Shown: in pieces, positions 9,547-19,389 of the stretch | Position numbering within the stretch: the stretch's first letter is position 1 | Layout of the letters: each line of letters starts with the position of its first letter | Assembly (NCBI GenBank): GCA_039630415.1 | Contig: JBCNVB010000002.1 | Location: forward strand, 1 to 64,000 | Length of the DNA: 64,000 nt | From: a bacterium | GTDB lineage: Bacteria > DRYD01 | Reading direction: 5' to 3' | The notes under the pieces: model-generated | The model's input: only the letters and a program-made list of their open reading frames with translations | Databases searched by the model: none | Told to the model about the DNA's origin: nothing | Program-made: the position numbers and the translations under genes

Positions 9547-10425
9547 ATGGAAAGGATATTATACCTAATAATCCTAGCCATTACTCTAACACTGACAAGT
9601 GTTTATTTAAGCTCTTGTCAAAGTAAGATAGTAGCCGAAGTAGAGCAACAAAAAATAACGCAAGAAGAACTAAATCAAGAACTAAACAAACAGTATGGTA
9701 TGGAAGTTCTCCAGAACTTAATCACCCAAAGACTAATTCTTCTAGAAGCTAAGAAAAAAAATGTAAATGTTACCGAGCAAGAATTAAATCAAGAAATGGA
9801 AAAAATAGCACTAAATCTTGGTGGAATGGATAAACTCCAAGAGCAAATTAAATCCAAGGGCATAACAATTCAAGAATATAAAGAAAAGTTAAAACTAGAT
9901 ATCTTACTCAAAAAATTAATTATTTCTGAGATAAGCGAAGAAGAAATAAAAGTATTTTACGAAAATAATAAAGGGAATCTTCCCATAGTGGAAGTATCAT
10001 TCATTATGGTACCTGATAAAACCCTAGCAGAATCGATAATAAAAAATCTTAAACAAGGCGGAGATTTTAATAAGCTGGCTGAAACCTACTCCCAAGATCC
10101 AATAACTAAAGATACAAAGGGATATGTTGGATTTTTAGCTAGATATGATATATCAAAGAATTCACCAACTCTCAAAGTTTTAGAAGAAGCTATATTTAAA
10201 AATCCCAAAAAAGGTGAAGTAATAGGACCAATTGCCGTGAAATATAACAATCAAAACCTGTACTACATAGTCAAATATCATAACGTCTTAAAAACATATG
10301 AAGAAGTAAAACCTAAGATCCAAGATTTACTTGCTCAACAGAGAATACAGGAAAAAATAGAAAATTTAAGAAAAAATGCAAATATAAAAATAATGTACGG
10401 CCCATACACTGAAAGTAAGAAATGA
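9547..10425 (+). CDS. PrsA/SurA-like foldase lipoprotein
   Basis: Signal peptide with lipobox LSSC, VAEV...ITQEEL, GGDFNKLAETYSQD parvulin-like region. Confidence 0.8.
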   Translation: MERILYLIILAITLTLTSVYLSSCQSKIVAEVEQQKITQEELNQELNKQYGMEVLQNLITQRLILLEAKKKNVNVTEQELNQEMEKIALNLGGMDKLQEQIKSKGITIQEYKEKLKLDILLKKLIISEISEEEIKVFYENNKGNLPIVEVSFIMVPDKTLAESIIKNLKQGGDFNKLAETYSQDPITKDTKGYVGFLARYDISKNSPTLKVLEEAIFKNPKKGEVIGPIAVKYNNQNLYYIVKYHNVLKTYEEVKPKIQDLLAQQRIQEKIENLRKNANIKIMYGPYTESKK

Positions 10426-11213
10426 AAAAAATAATCCTACTACCATTAACCATAGTATTCCTGATATTAATAAAACTATGGGCGGATGATGATTTAAAAG
10501 CCAGGTTAGTAATAATAACAACACCTTCCCCAGCAGCAGTATACATAAACAACGTCTATAAAGGCAACACGCCACTCGACATAAAAATAGACCCTGGGCA
10601 ACATAAAATAAGGATAGCAATAGATGAAAACTATGTTCCAGAGTTCATAAGTCTGGTAGCTTTCGCAAAAAATAAATATGAATACAATGTAACACTAAAA
10701 CTAACATCTAAGGGAGCCTATACTGCTGCGCAATATTACCATCAAAAAGGTGACTTGCAAAGAGCCAGAGACTACTACCTAACTTCTACGCAATCATATG
10801 GTAAACTTATACCAGAAGCCTATTTCCATGCAGGTTACATAGACTTTATTCTCAAAAATTTTGAAAAAGCTGAAGAAAGTCTACTTAACTATATCAGTTA
10901 CAATCCTAGAAGTATATCTACCTGGTATATCCTCGGAGAAATAAGGAATACACTTAACAAGAAAAATAGTTCAATTGCAAGCTACAAAGAGTGTTTAAAG
11001 GTAATATATCCAAAAACACAAGACATACTTAACTCAACTAAAGTTACAAATGAGGAATTACAAAGATTAAGAAAAGAAATTGTAAAACATCCAACATTGG
11101 ATAATCACATAAGACTAGCAAGAATATACGAACAAAAAGGAGATTTAGATAACGCAATATACTATTATAGAAAAGCCGTATTTTTCTTTGATATAGACAT
11201 AGAAAAACCATAA
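10422..11213 (+). CDS. Exported PEGA + TPR domain protein
   Basis: Signal peptide, TTPSPAAVYINNVYKGNTPL...PGQHKIRI (PEGA), TPR helices such as LARIYEQKGDLDNAIYYYRKA. Confidence 0.8.
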   Translation: MKKIILLPLTIVFLILIKLWADDDLKARLVIITTPSPAAVYINNVYKGNTPLDIKIDPGQHKIRIAIDENYVPEFISLVAFAKNKYEYNVTLKLTSKGAYTAAQYYHQKGDLQRARDYYLTSTQSYGKLIPEAYFHAGYIDFILKNFEKAEESLLNYISYNPRSISTWYILGEIRNTLNKKNSSIASYKECLKVIYPKTQDILNSTKVTNEELQRLRKEIVKHPTLDNHIRLARIYEQKGDLDNAIYYYRKAVFFFDIDIEKP

Positions 11214-11229
11214 GGCATAATGGAGGGAA

Positions 11230-12066
11230 GTGAAGATGATTGAATGTCTCAGCTCATTGGCAGGACTAGGAATAGTCGGAATAATTTTCATAATTAGTTT
11301 TATTTTACCATTGCTATTGTCAATGATAAGAATCCTAAATCAATATGAAAGAGGTATAATTCTAAGGTTGGGTAAATATACTGGAAGCGTAAAAGAACCA
11401 GGACTCATACTCCTTATTCCTTTTATTGACAAACTAATAACAATTGATATAAGAGAAACACCAATGAATTTACCTTCTCAGGAAGTCATAACTGCGGACA
11501 ACATAACCATAAAGGTAAGTGCGGTAGTGTATTTCCAAGTTACCCAACCTGATAAGGCCATCCTCTTTAACCAAGATTATATAACTTCAATATTCCAAAT
11601 AGCACAAACAACTCTGAGAAATGTAATAGGTCAGTCAGAACTAGATGAAATACTTCAAAAAAGAGAGAATATAAATCAGAAAATAAGAGAGATAGTGGAT
11701 GAAAATACCCAACGATGGGGGGTAAAAATAACCATAGTAGAGATCAAGGATATCGAACTACCTGAAAGTTTGCAAAAAGCAATGGCAAAACAAGCGGAAG
11801 CAGAAAGAGAAAGAAGAGCAAAGATAATAAGTGCGGAAGCAGAATACCAAGCTGCTCAAAAACTAGTAGAAGCTGCTCAACTAATAGCTTCACAGCCTGT
11901 CACACTCCAACTGAGACTTTTCCAACTACTTTCCGATATAGCTTCAAAAGGATCTAACTTAGTCATACCACTACCAACTGATCTATTTAAACTAATATCA
12001 ATCATCGAACCTCAAAAAGTGCAATTTGTTCAATCCCCAAAAATAAAAGAAGGTTCTGGAGAATGA
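11230..12066 (+). CDS. SPFH/stomatin (slipin) family protein
   Basis: QYERG..LRLG, QEVITADN, AQTTLRNVIG, QAEAERERRAK. Confidence 0.93.
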   Translation: MKMIECLSSLAGLGIVGIIFIISFILPLLLSMIRILNQYERGIILRLGKYTGSVKEPGLILLIPFIDKLITIDIRETPMNLPSQEVITADNITIKVSAVVYFQVTQPDKAILFNQDYITSIFQIAQTTLRNVIGQSELDEILQKRENINQKIREIVDENTQRWGVKITIVEIKDIELPESLQKAMAKQAEAERERRAKIISAEAEYQAAQKLVEAAQLIASQPVTLQLRLFQLLSDIASKGSNLVIPLPTDLFKLISIIEPQKVQFVQSPKIKEGSGE

Positions 12067-12106
12067 TTAACGTAATTCTCGGAACCTATCAAAAAGGAGG
12101 TGTAAA

Positions 12107-13984
12107 ATGTATTACTACCCCTTCTTGAATAAATATATAGACTTTTATGCACAAAGCATTCAAAAAATAGAAGATTTCTGGAATTACAATGCCACTGTAA
12201 TACCATGGTTCAAAAACTTTGAAAAAGTACTAGAGTATAATCATCCTTTCTACAGATGGTATGTTGGTGGTTATCTAAACGCTTCATTTGTATGTGTTGA
12301 TCAATACGCTGAAAACAACAAAAAAGACAAAGTAGCTTATTACTGGGAAAATGAAAAAGGGGAAAAAGAAATTATTAGTTACTACGAACTTTACAGAAGA
12401 GTAAATAATTTTGCTTCATTCCTTAAAAACCTGGGTATCAAAAAGGGTGATGTTGTTGTTATATATATGCCAATGATCATAGATGCTATAGTTGCAATGC
12501 TTGCTTGCGCAAGATTGGGGGCAATACACAACGTCATATTCTCCGGATTTTCTAAAAATGCTATTCTCGATAGAATAGAAGATAGTAAAGCAAAATACAT
12601 TATTACAGCTACTCACACCTACAGGAAAGGTAAAGAAATTGATCTACTTTCTACCATAAATCAAGTGGAAACCGATTTGGTAGAGAAAATAATAGTTCTA
12701 GACAGAAGAGGAGATTTGAAAGAAACAGGAAAGATAATCAAATGGGACAAAAAAGATGAATTTGTTTATATACAACCTGAACCTGTAGAATCTACTCATC
12801 CTCTATTTGTACTGTATACGTCTGGTACCACAGGTAAACCAAAGGGTATAGTTCACTCTACTGGTGGATACTTGGTTTATGTAGCTAATACTTTGAGATG
12901 GGCTTTCAATGTATCAGATGACAGTATATGGTGGTGTACTGCTGATATAGGGTGGATAACGGGTCATAGCTATGTGGTTTATGCTCCATTGGCTTTGGGA
13001 TTAACTTCTTTAATTTATGAAGGATCTCCCGATTATCCTGATTACTCCAAATGGTGGAGCTTAATTGAAAAATACAAAGTTACTGAGTTCTATACATCCC
13101 CAACAGCGATAAGAATGTTTATGAAAGTAGGAACAAGTTATATAGAAAAGCATGATCTTAGTTCACTTAGGGCTTTGGGTAGTGTCGGTGAACCTATAAA
13201 TCCAGAGGTATGGGAATGGTACTATAGAAATGTGGGTAAAACTAAGTGTCCTATAATAGATACATGGTGGCAAACTGAAACTGGAGGATTTATGATAGCT
13301 CCGTTCATGGGAATAGTACCTCTAAAGCCTGGTTTTGCGGGGTTACCTATGCCAGGTATAGTGGCTGACGTGGTTGATGAAAACGGCAATAGTTTGCCCC
13401 CTAATGTTAAAGGATACTTAGTAATAAAATCTCCTTGGCCTGGTATGATGATGGGAATACTAAATGATGATCAAAAATATAAAGAAGTATACTGGTCTAA
13501 ATTTGAAAGGATGTACTATCCGGGAGATTATGCACTAAGAAATGAGGAAGGATATTTTCAGCTTTTAGGTAGAGCTGATGAGGTTATAAAGATAGCGGGC
13601 CACAGAATAGGAACTTTCGAGGTTGAAAGTGCAATACTTGAAAATGATTTCGTTTCGGAAGCAGCCGTTGTTGGTGTACCAGATGAAATTAAGGGTGAAG
13701 TCATTGTAGCTTTTGTAACCCTCAAAGAGGGAGTGCAAAAAGATCAAGAACTTAAACAAAAGATCATATCCAAGGTAAAGGAAGTACTGGGACCTATTAT
13801 CGTATTTTCTGATATATTCTTTGTTGATAAACTTCCTAAAACAAGATCGGGTAAAATTATGAGAAGATTACTTAAAAATGTCGTTACAGGAAAAGAATTA
13901 GGGGATGTTACTACTTTGGAAGAGGAAGCTTCTATCGAAGAAATAAAGAAAGCTTACCAAGAAATAAAGCAATCCATATCCTAA
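12107..13984 (+). CDS. acs: Acetyl-CoA synthetase
   Basis: YTSGTTGKPKG, CTADIGWITGHSY, DTWWQTETGG, LPKTRSGKIMRR. Confidence 0.95.
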   Translation: MYYYPFLNKYIDFYAQSIQKIEDFWNYNATVIPWFKNFEKVLEYNHPFYRWYVGGYLNASFVCVDQYAENNKKDKVAYYWENEKGEKEIISYYELYRRVNNFASFLKNLGIKKGDVVVIYMPMIIDAIVAMLACARLGAIHNVIFSGFSKNAILDRIEDSKAKYIITATHTYRKGKEIDLLSTINQVETDLVEKIIVLDRRGDLKETGKIIKWDKKDEFVYIQPEPVESTHPLFVLYTSGTTGKPKGIVHSTGGYLVYVANTLRWAFNVSDDSIWWCTADIGWITGHSYVVYAPLALGLTSLIYEGSPDYPDYSKWWSLIEKYKVTEFYTSPTAIRMFMKVGTSYIEKHDLSSLRALGSVGEPINPEVWEWYYRNVGKTKCPIIDTWWQTETGGFMIAPFMGIVPLKPGFAGLPMPGIVADVVDENGNSLPPNVKGYLVIKSPWPGMMMGILNDDQKYKEVYWSKFERMYYPGDYALRNEEGYFQLLGRADEVIKIAGHRIGTFEVESAILENDFVSEAAVVGVPDEIKGEVIVAFVTLKEGVQKDQELKQKIISKVKEVLGPIIVFSDIFFVDKLPKTRSGKIMRRLLKNVVTGKELGDVTTLEEEASIEEIKKAYQEIKQSIS

Positions 13985-14004
13985 AAATAGATTGTATAGA
14001 CTCT

Positions 14005-14748
14005 ATGGAAACTAGATACATAAAACCATATGGGGATACTTTCAATGATGGAATAATACAATGTAGCTTTACTATACCTGCTAGGGATAGATATATAGCA
14101 ATAGAAGCGGCGAAAATTCTTATGTCTAAAATGGGAATAAAGGATATCAAAATAGCAACAGTAGAAGAACCTATAGAAGGTTTTTTCTTTTTTGTTACTT
14201 ATGGTTCAGTTACGCATGAAATTGATCTAGAACAAATAAGGCCTGTAGTACCAGAGTATGTAAAAATGTCCAAAGAAGAAGTAGAAAATTTTGCTAAGAA
14301 GAATAATATAAAAAAAATAGTCATAGTTGGAGCAACTATAGGTACTGATAGTCATACGGTAGGGCTTGACAGTATTTTGAACATGAAGGGGTTCAAAGGT
14401 GAAAAAGGTTTAGAAGCATATAAGTGTTTTGAGGTACATAATCTAGGTTCTCAAGTTCCTCCCGCGGAATTGGTAAAAAAAGTCCAAGATTTGAACGCTG
14501 AAGTAATTCTAGTATCCCAAACAATAACGCAAAAGAATATGCACTTAAAAAATTTAACCGAATTAGTAGATATAATTGAAGCGGAGGGTATGAGAGAAAA
14601 GGTAATTCTTATATGCGGAGGCAGTAGAATAGACCATAAACTTGCAAAAGAATTGGGCTATGATGCTGGTTTTGGACCAAATACAACGCCTTCTGATGTT
14701 GCTTCCTTTGTAATACAAGCGTATGTCAAAAATAAAAAATTACAATAA
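14005..14748 (+). CDS. kamE: Lysine 5,6-aminomutase beta subunit (cobalamin-binding)
   Basis: KPYGDT.NDG.IQ.SFT.P N-terminus, DSHTVG (DxHxxG), NMKG, VSQT.TQKN.H, AKELGYDAGFGP. Confidence 0.9.
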   Translation: METRYIKPYGDTFNDGIIQCSFTIPARDRYIAIEAAKILMSKMGIKDIKIATVEEPIEGFFFFVTYGSVTHEIDLEQIRPVVPEYVKMSKEEVENFAKKNNIKKIVIVGATIGTDSHTVGLDSILNMKGFKGEKGLEAYKCFEVHNLGSQVPPAELVKKVQDLNAEVILVSQTITQKNMHLKNLTELVDIIEAEGMREKVILICGGSRIDHKLAKELGYDAGFGPNTTPSDVASFVIQAYVKNKKLQ

Positions 14749-14772
14749 ATCAGGGAAGGAGAGGGAAAACTT

Positions 14773-16155
14773 ATGATAGTGTTAAAATATGTTACCAAGA
14801 TTACCGCAATAGCGGTTATTATAATTTTGTTTGTTAATTTTCTGCTAGATTTTAAAGCTTTTTCTTTCAATTCTATGGTAAGAAGTAGAATACTTTTTGC
14901 TCCATCGATGGAGAATTTAAAGGGTGTATTGAGTTTGTCAAATAGCGAATACTTAATTTTTGGTAATACTAAGAGTTTCACAGAGACAAGTGATGATTGG
15001 ATGTTACTTAAGGTTAATTCTAATTTTGATATCCTTCGCCTATCTATTTTCAGTGGTTCTTTTAGTGATAAAATAGGTGATGTAGTTAGATTTGGTGATA
15101 ATTTACTAGCGGTTGGTAATACTTGGAGTTTTAGAAGGGAAAGTCTTGATGATATTATGGTTAGTTATTTTGACAAGGATATGAATTTAATGGGATTTTA
15201 TGTAATTTCTGGTAGTAGAGAGGATAAAGCTTTTAAAATTTTCTCGGTTAATAATCAGCCTTATTTATTGTCTTCCACAAGGAGTGCTGGTTTTGGATCA
15301 ACTTGTATAATGGTATCAAAGCTTGGAAGCGATTTATATCCTACAAACTTTTGGGTTATTGGTTCTGTTCAGGATCAGGAACCACTTGACATTATTGAAC
15401 TATCCCCTAATAAATATCTAATAGTTTCTTCGTATCTAAAGATGTCTGGTAACAAGGATTGTTTATTAGCAGTAGTCGATAGTAATTTTAATGTAACAAA
15501 AGCTTTTGCTTTTGGTGGAGCTTTTGATGAGAATCTAGTATCTATAGTCAAAAAATCTAAAGAAAGATTTTATTTTATATTTGAAACAAGATCTTTTAAA
15601 CCTCAGGATAAGATGAATATACTCATTTCCTCATTTAGGAAGACGGATTTAAGTCATGCAAGAAGTTTTGCTTTTGGAACTATGGAAGAAGAAAGATACC
15701 TATCACATATATTCTACCAAAATAATCTCTACGTTTTGTTTTATAGCATGATAAATAAGCAACCAACTATAGGAGTTATTGTATTGGACAGTAATTTGGG
15801 ATATAAAGGTTCGTATACTATTAATTCATTTTTCAACCTTAGTAACATAGTGTATAGTTTTTATCCTATTGATCAGAATATTTGGGTAATAAACTATTTC
15901 AATGTAAATACTCTAGAGGATGTGGGTTTAATTAGAACAGAGAATATGGTCGAACTTCTCCCTCCTATACAAAGCAAGCCAGACTTTAGTCCATTGAAGC
16001 TACAAAGATATTATATAAAGGTTGCAAGATATCCTAATATAGAAAGCTATCCTGTCGGACTTCAAACTCAAGAGGTATCACCTGATAGCTTTGTAGTTAG
16101 TAATGAGATACAAGTTAATTATTTCGATGCAGACTATAGCACTATATGGAGATAA
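14773..16155 (+). CDS. Exported/membrane-anchored beta-propeller repeat protein
   Basis: N-terminal hydrophobic helix; about 50-aa repeats GNTKSF..DWMLLK, GNTWSF..DIMV, FGGAFDE, ETRSF. Confidence 0.6.
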   Translation: MIVLKYVTKITAIAVIIILFVNFLLDFKAFSFNSMVRSRILFAPSMENLKGVLSLSNSEYLIFGNTKSFTETSDDWMLLKVNSNFDILRLSIFSGSFSDKIGDVVRFGDNLLAVGNTWSFRRESLDDIMVSYFDKDMNLMGFYVISGSREDKAFKIFSVNNQPYLLSSTRSAGFGSTCIMVSKLGSDLYPTNFWVIGSVQDQEPLDIIELSPNKYLIVSSYLKMSGNKDCLLAVVDSNFNVTKAFAFGGAFDENLVSIVKKSKERFYFIFETRSFKPQDKMNILISSFRKTDLSHARSFAFGTMEEERYLSHIFYQNNLYVLFYSMINKQPTIGVIVLDSNLGYKGSYTINSFFNLSNIVYSFYPIDQNIWVINYFNVNTLEDVGLIRTENMVELLPPIQSKPDFSPLKLQRYYIKVARYPNIESYPVGLQTQEVSPDSFVVSNEIQVNYFDADYSTIWR

Positions 16156-17279
16156 AAGCTTTAAGATATGTAGATATAAAACAAATTAGTGAGGATTTAT
16201 TCATTGTAAGTGATCCTTTTTGCATAGCAGAAGATTTTGTTGTCAACAGAATAACTCTTTTGATAATGTTTTTGCTTGATGGTAGTAGAACTTTTGATCA
16301 GATAAGAAAAGAGATTGTTCATAAAACTGGGGTGTACATAAAGGATGAAGAGCTTAAGGAAATAGTTAGTTTTTTCGAACAAAATGGATTATTTTTGAAT
16401 GATAGTTTTGAAAAGATACGTAAGCAAAGAGTTGAAGATATAAGGAAAAAGGGATACCTAGATTTCTACTTTGCTGATAGGAATATACCTTCGAATCCAT
16501 TAGATGCAATATCTTTCTTAAGGCTGGATAAGATAAAGCAGAAGGGCCAATATTTAGCGGCTATAATCCCTCATTTAGAAATAAGGCTTGCTTTACCAGC
16601 CTATCAAGTAGGATATGAAAATCTTGATAGAGAATCATTCCAGAGAGTTTTTATTCTAGGAGTTTCTCATTATTTTCATCAGGGTTTGATTTCGGTATTT
16701 CCCTACGATTTTCATACTCCTTTTGGAATAATTGAAACTGATAGGCAAGTAGTCAGAGCTATTTCTAGAGAGTTCAAAATAGATATCTTTGAAAATTTAT
16801 TGTCATATAAAAAAGAACATTCTATTGGTTTTCAATTACCTTTCATAAAATACTTGTTTAATAATCCCAAAGTTGTTGGTATACTGGTATCCTATACTGA
16901 AGATCTGGAGTATGCAAAAAAATATCTTAGTGATGTGGCAAGTTTTATATCAGCCAACTATCCAGATTCTGTATTTATCTCTAGTGTTGATTTTTCTCAT
17001 GTTGGACGAAAGTTTGGCGATAAAAAGCTAATAGACCCCGAAGAAATTGATAGAAAATATATCTCTTTCTTGGATAATATCGATCCTGAAGGGAGTATAG
17101 AGTACTTAAAGAATATTAAAAATGAAACCAGAATAGACGGTGTAATGACTAACTATTTGTTTCTCAAGATTATTAAATTTTCTAATTTTACCAAGTCAAA
17201 AGTGCTTATTTATGAAAAATATTTTGAGAAGGAAACCAATTCTATGGTTTCTTACAGTACGATAGTTTTCGGAAAATGA
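16146..17279 (+). CDS. amrB: Memo-like protein (AmmeMemoRadiSam protein B) with N-terminal helical extension
   Basis: IIPH, ILGVSH, FHTPFG, EHSI.FQLPF, SVDFSHVG.KFGD. Confidence 0.85.
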   Translation: MEIKALRYVDIKQISEDLFIVSDPFCIAEDFVVNRITLLIMFLLDGSRTFDQIRKEIVHKTGVYIKDEELKEIVSFFEQNGLFLNDSFEKIRKQRVEDIRKKGYLDFYFADRNIPSNPLDAISFLRLDKIKQKGQYLAAIIPHLEIRLALPAYQVGYENLDRESFQRVFILGVSHYFHQGLISVFPYDFHTPFGIIETDRQVVRAISREFKIDIFENLLSYKKEHSIGFQLPFIKYLFNNPKVVGILVSYTEDLEYAKKYLSDVASFISANYPDSVFISSVDFSHVGRKFGDKKLIDPEEIDRKYISFLDNIDPEGSIEYLKNIKNETRIDGVMTNYLFLKIIKFSNFTKSKVLIYEKYFEKETNSMVSYSTIVFGK

Positions 17280-18547
17280 GGTTTATACTGGAAATACTTG
17301 GTGATAAAACAGTAAAGCTTATTTATCGGAAAGCAGGCACTATAAGGCAAGTAGATTATCCATCAATTTCACAAGTGGATCTTCAGGAAATAAAAAACAA
17401 GGAAATAGTCCTAATAGTGCCCGATAGTTTGATTATAACCAAATCTACATTGATACCTGTGGATATCAGTAGTATTTTAACTCTCAAATCTTTTTTGATA
17501 AAGTCATTACCAGTTAACCTAAATGAGATTTATAACGATTATACAATTGTGGGTAATAAGTTATACTTTATAGGTATAAAGAGATCATCAATTGAAGAAG
17601 AGTTAAAAATAATAAGTAGAGTTAAGTCTAATATAAAGGCTGTTTTGCCTAAAAGTTTTGCTCTTAAAATGTATGCTAATTTGAATTCTCCTAGTAATCT
17701 GGCAGTAAATTTTAGTGAAGGATATTTATCTATATTCTGCTTTGATAAAGCTGGGTATTATTTTTTCGTAGTATTACCTTATGGTGTAGAAAACTTTGTA
17801 AATTCCGAAGATGAAATTCAAATAAGCAGGTTTATTAACGAAATTTATAGAATCATTTCTTCTTTTCAATCCCAGACAAAAGTTAACATAGAAAATTTCT
17901 ATATTTTTGTTAATAAAGAGTATAAGGAACTTCCTGTTTTGAGTTATTTTTCCAGGGCTTTCACAGGATTAAATTTAATAACTGCTGACGATAAAAAGTA
18001 TGAAGAAATATATTCCTTTATTCTTGATACAAAGGATTTCGAGATTGATCTTTCGAAAGACAAAATAGAGGAACAATATAAAAAGCAAGAGTTCATAGAA
18101 AACACAAATAGATCACTAAACTTAGTGTTAGTTGTAATATTTGTGTTAATTATACTTTCCTGGTTTGTTACGAATGATAACTTAAACAGAAGAAGAATGA
18201 CTTTGGAAGCATTAAAAAATAACTATGAATCCCAAAGGATATCAATTCAAAATACTTCACAACAAAATCAGAAGCAGGATATAACAGATCAAAAAAGTTT
18301 ACCCTTCTATGAGATTTTTAAAAGATTAAACCAAGCATCCTATAGCTATGTATATCTGGAAAACTTTGAAATTAAAGATCAAAAACTTATAGTATCCTTA
18401 ATCAGTAGAAAATATTCTAACATTAATTACCTTATTTCTATCATAGATGTACAAGGAGTAAATAAATCTGTCGAACAGGGATCTGAAAATAGCATAGGTA
18501 ATCAACAATTTATCAAATCAAGAGTAAGCTTTACTGTACAGGAATGA
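17276..18547 (+). CDS. PilM/PilN-like (GspL-like) pilus alignment protein
   Basis: Cytoplasmic degenerate actin-like region (INEIYRIISSFQSQ), one TM helix near aa 282-299, then a coiled coil and VYLENFEIKDQKLIVS. Confidence 0.5.
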   Translation: MRFILEILGDKTVKLIYRKAGTIRQVDYPSISQVDLQEIKNKEIVLIVPDSLIITKSTLIPVDISSILTLKSFLIKSLPVNLNEIYNDYTIVGNKLYFIGIKRSSIEEELKIISRVKSNIKAVLPKSFALKMYANLNSPSNLAVNFSEGYLSIFCFDKAGYYFFVVLPYGVENFVNSEDEIQISRFINEIYRIISSFQSQTKVNIENFYIFVNKEYKELPVLSYFSRAFTGLNLITADDKKYEEIYSFILDTKDFEIDLSKDKIEEQYKKQEFIENTNRSLNLVLVVIFVLIILSWFVTNDNLNRRRMTLEALKNNYESQRISIQNTSQQNQKQDITDQKSLPFYEIFKRLNQASYSYVYLENFEIKDQKLIVSLISRKYSNINYLISIIDVQGVNKSVEQGSENSIGNQQFIKSRVSFTVQE

Positions 18548-19389
18548 TGAAAAATAGATTATCTATCGTAAAAATCTTAGCTGTTTGCGTTTTGGTAGTT
18601 ATTCTTGTGTTACAGATTATGAACTATACTAAGTCTTTGAATCAGGTGAATTATCAAATAAAACTTTATTCGCAGTATCTTAGCATGCTTTCATTGAATC
18701 AGCAAGGTTCTGATACGAATACTAGGGTTTTGGTAGATTCTAAATATGTGAGAGAAAAATTTAGCAATTTCATTACTTATCTGGATGAAGTTGGAATTGC
18801 TAATATAGTTAACCTAATCAACATAGGTAAGGAAGACGATCTTCAAATAAGAATTAAGAGAGATTATTTTCTGAACTTTTTGGGATATATGAATGATAAT
18901 TCAAAATCTTTTAAGATTAAGGATATGTCTATGTTGTCAGTTGATGATCAGTATGTTAATTTCAGGATTGTTGTGAGTTATTTGTATTCGTTACCTGATG
19001 TTGATTTTACGCAGTATTTTGTAACTCCGCAAAAGTTGAAGATTAGATTTTGGGATCAAGAACTACAGTTACTACAATCTAAGCAAATTAGTCAAAATAT
19101 AGATCAACAAAATCAACAGAATCAGCAATTTCAGCAACCTCCTCCATACCAACAGAATCAGCAAATCTATCAAGAGGAATTCAATATTGATCTAAAATAC
19201 AAAGGTAGACTTGTCTTATCAGATAAAATCTTTGCAATTATTGAGTATGAAGGAAATGAAGCTTTTGTACCTGAAGGTGGAATCCACAAGATAAAAAACT
19301 TTGAAATAAAAATAATTAAAGTAGAGAATAATTATTTGAGAATTCAGGTACATGATAAATTTTACGATTACAAGATAGAACAGTTATGA
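18544..19389 (+). CDS. PilO-like membrane protein with C-terminal PilP/GspC-like domain
   Basis: N-terminal TM, FLNFLGYM...FKIKDMSM, Q-rich linker, LKYKG......AIIEYEG...V.EG......IKII.V. Confidence 0.5.
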   Translation: MMKNRLSIVKILAVCVLVVILVLQIMNYTKSLNQVNYQIKLYSQYLSMLSLNQQGSDTNTRVLVDSKYVREKFSNFITYLDEVGIANIVNLINIGKEDDLQIRIKRDYFLNFLGYMNDNSKSFKIKDMSMLSVDDQYVNFRIVVSYLYSLPDVDFTQYFVTPQKLKIRFWDQELQLLQSKQISQNIDQQNQQNQQFQQPPPYQQNQQIYQEEFNIDLKYKGRLVLSDKIFAIIEYEGNEAFVPEGGIHKIKNFEIKIIKVENNYLRIQVHDKFYDYKIEQL

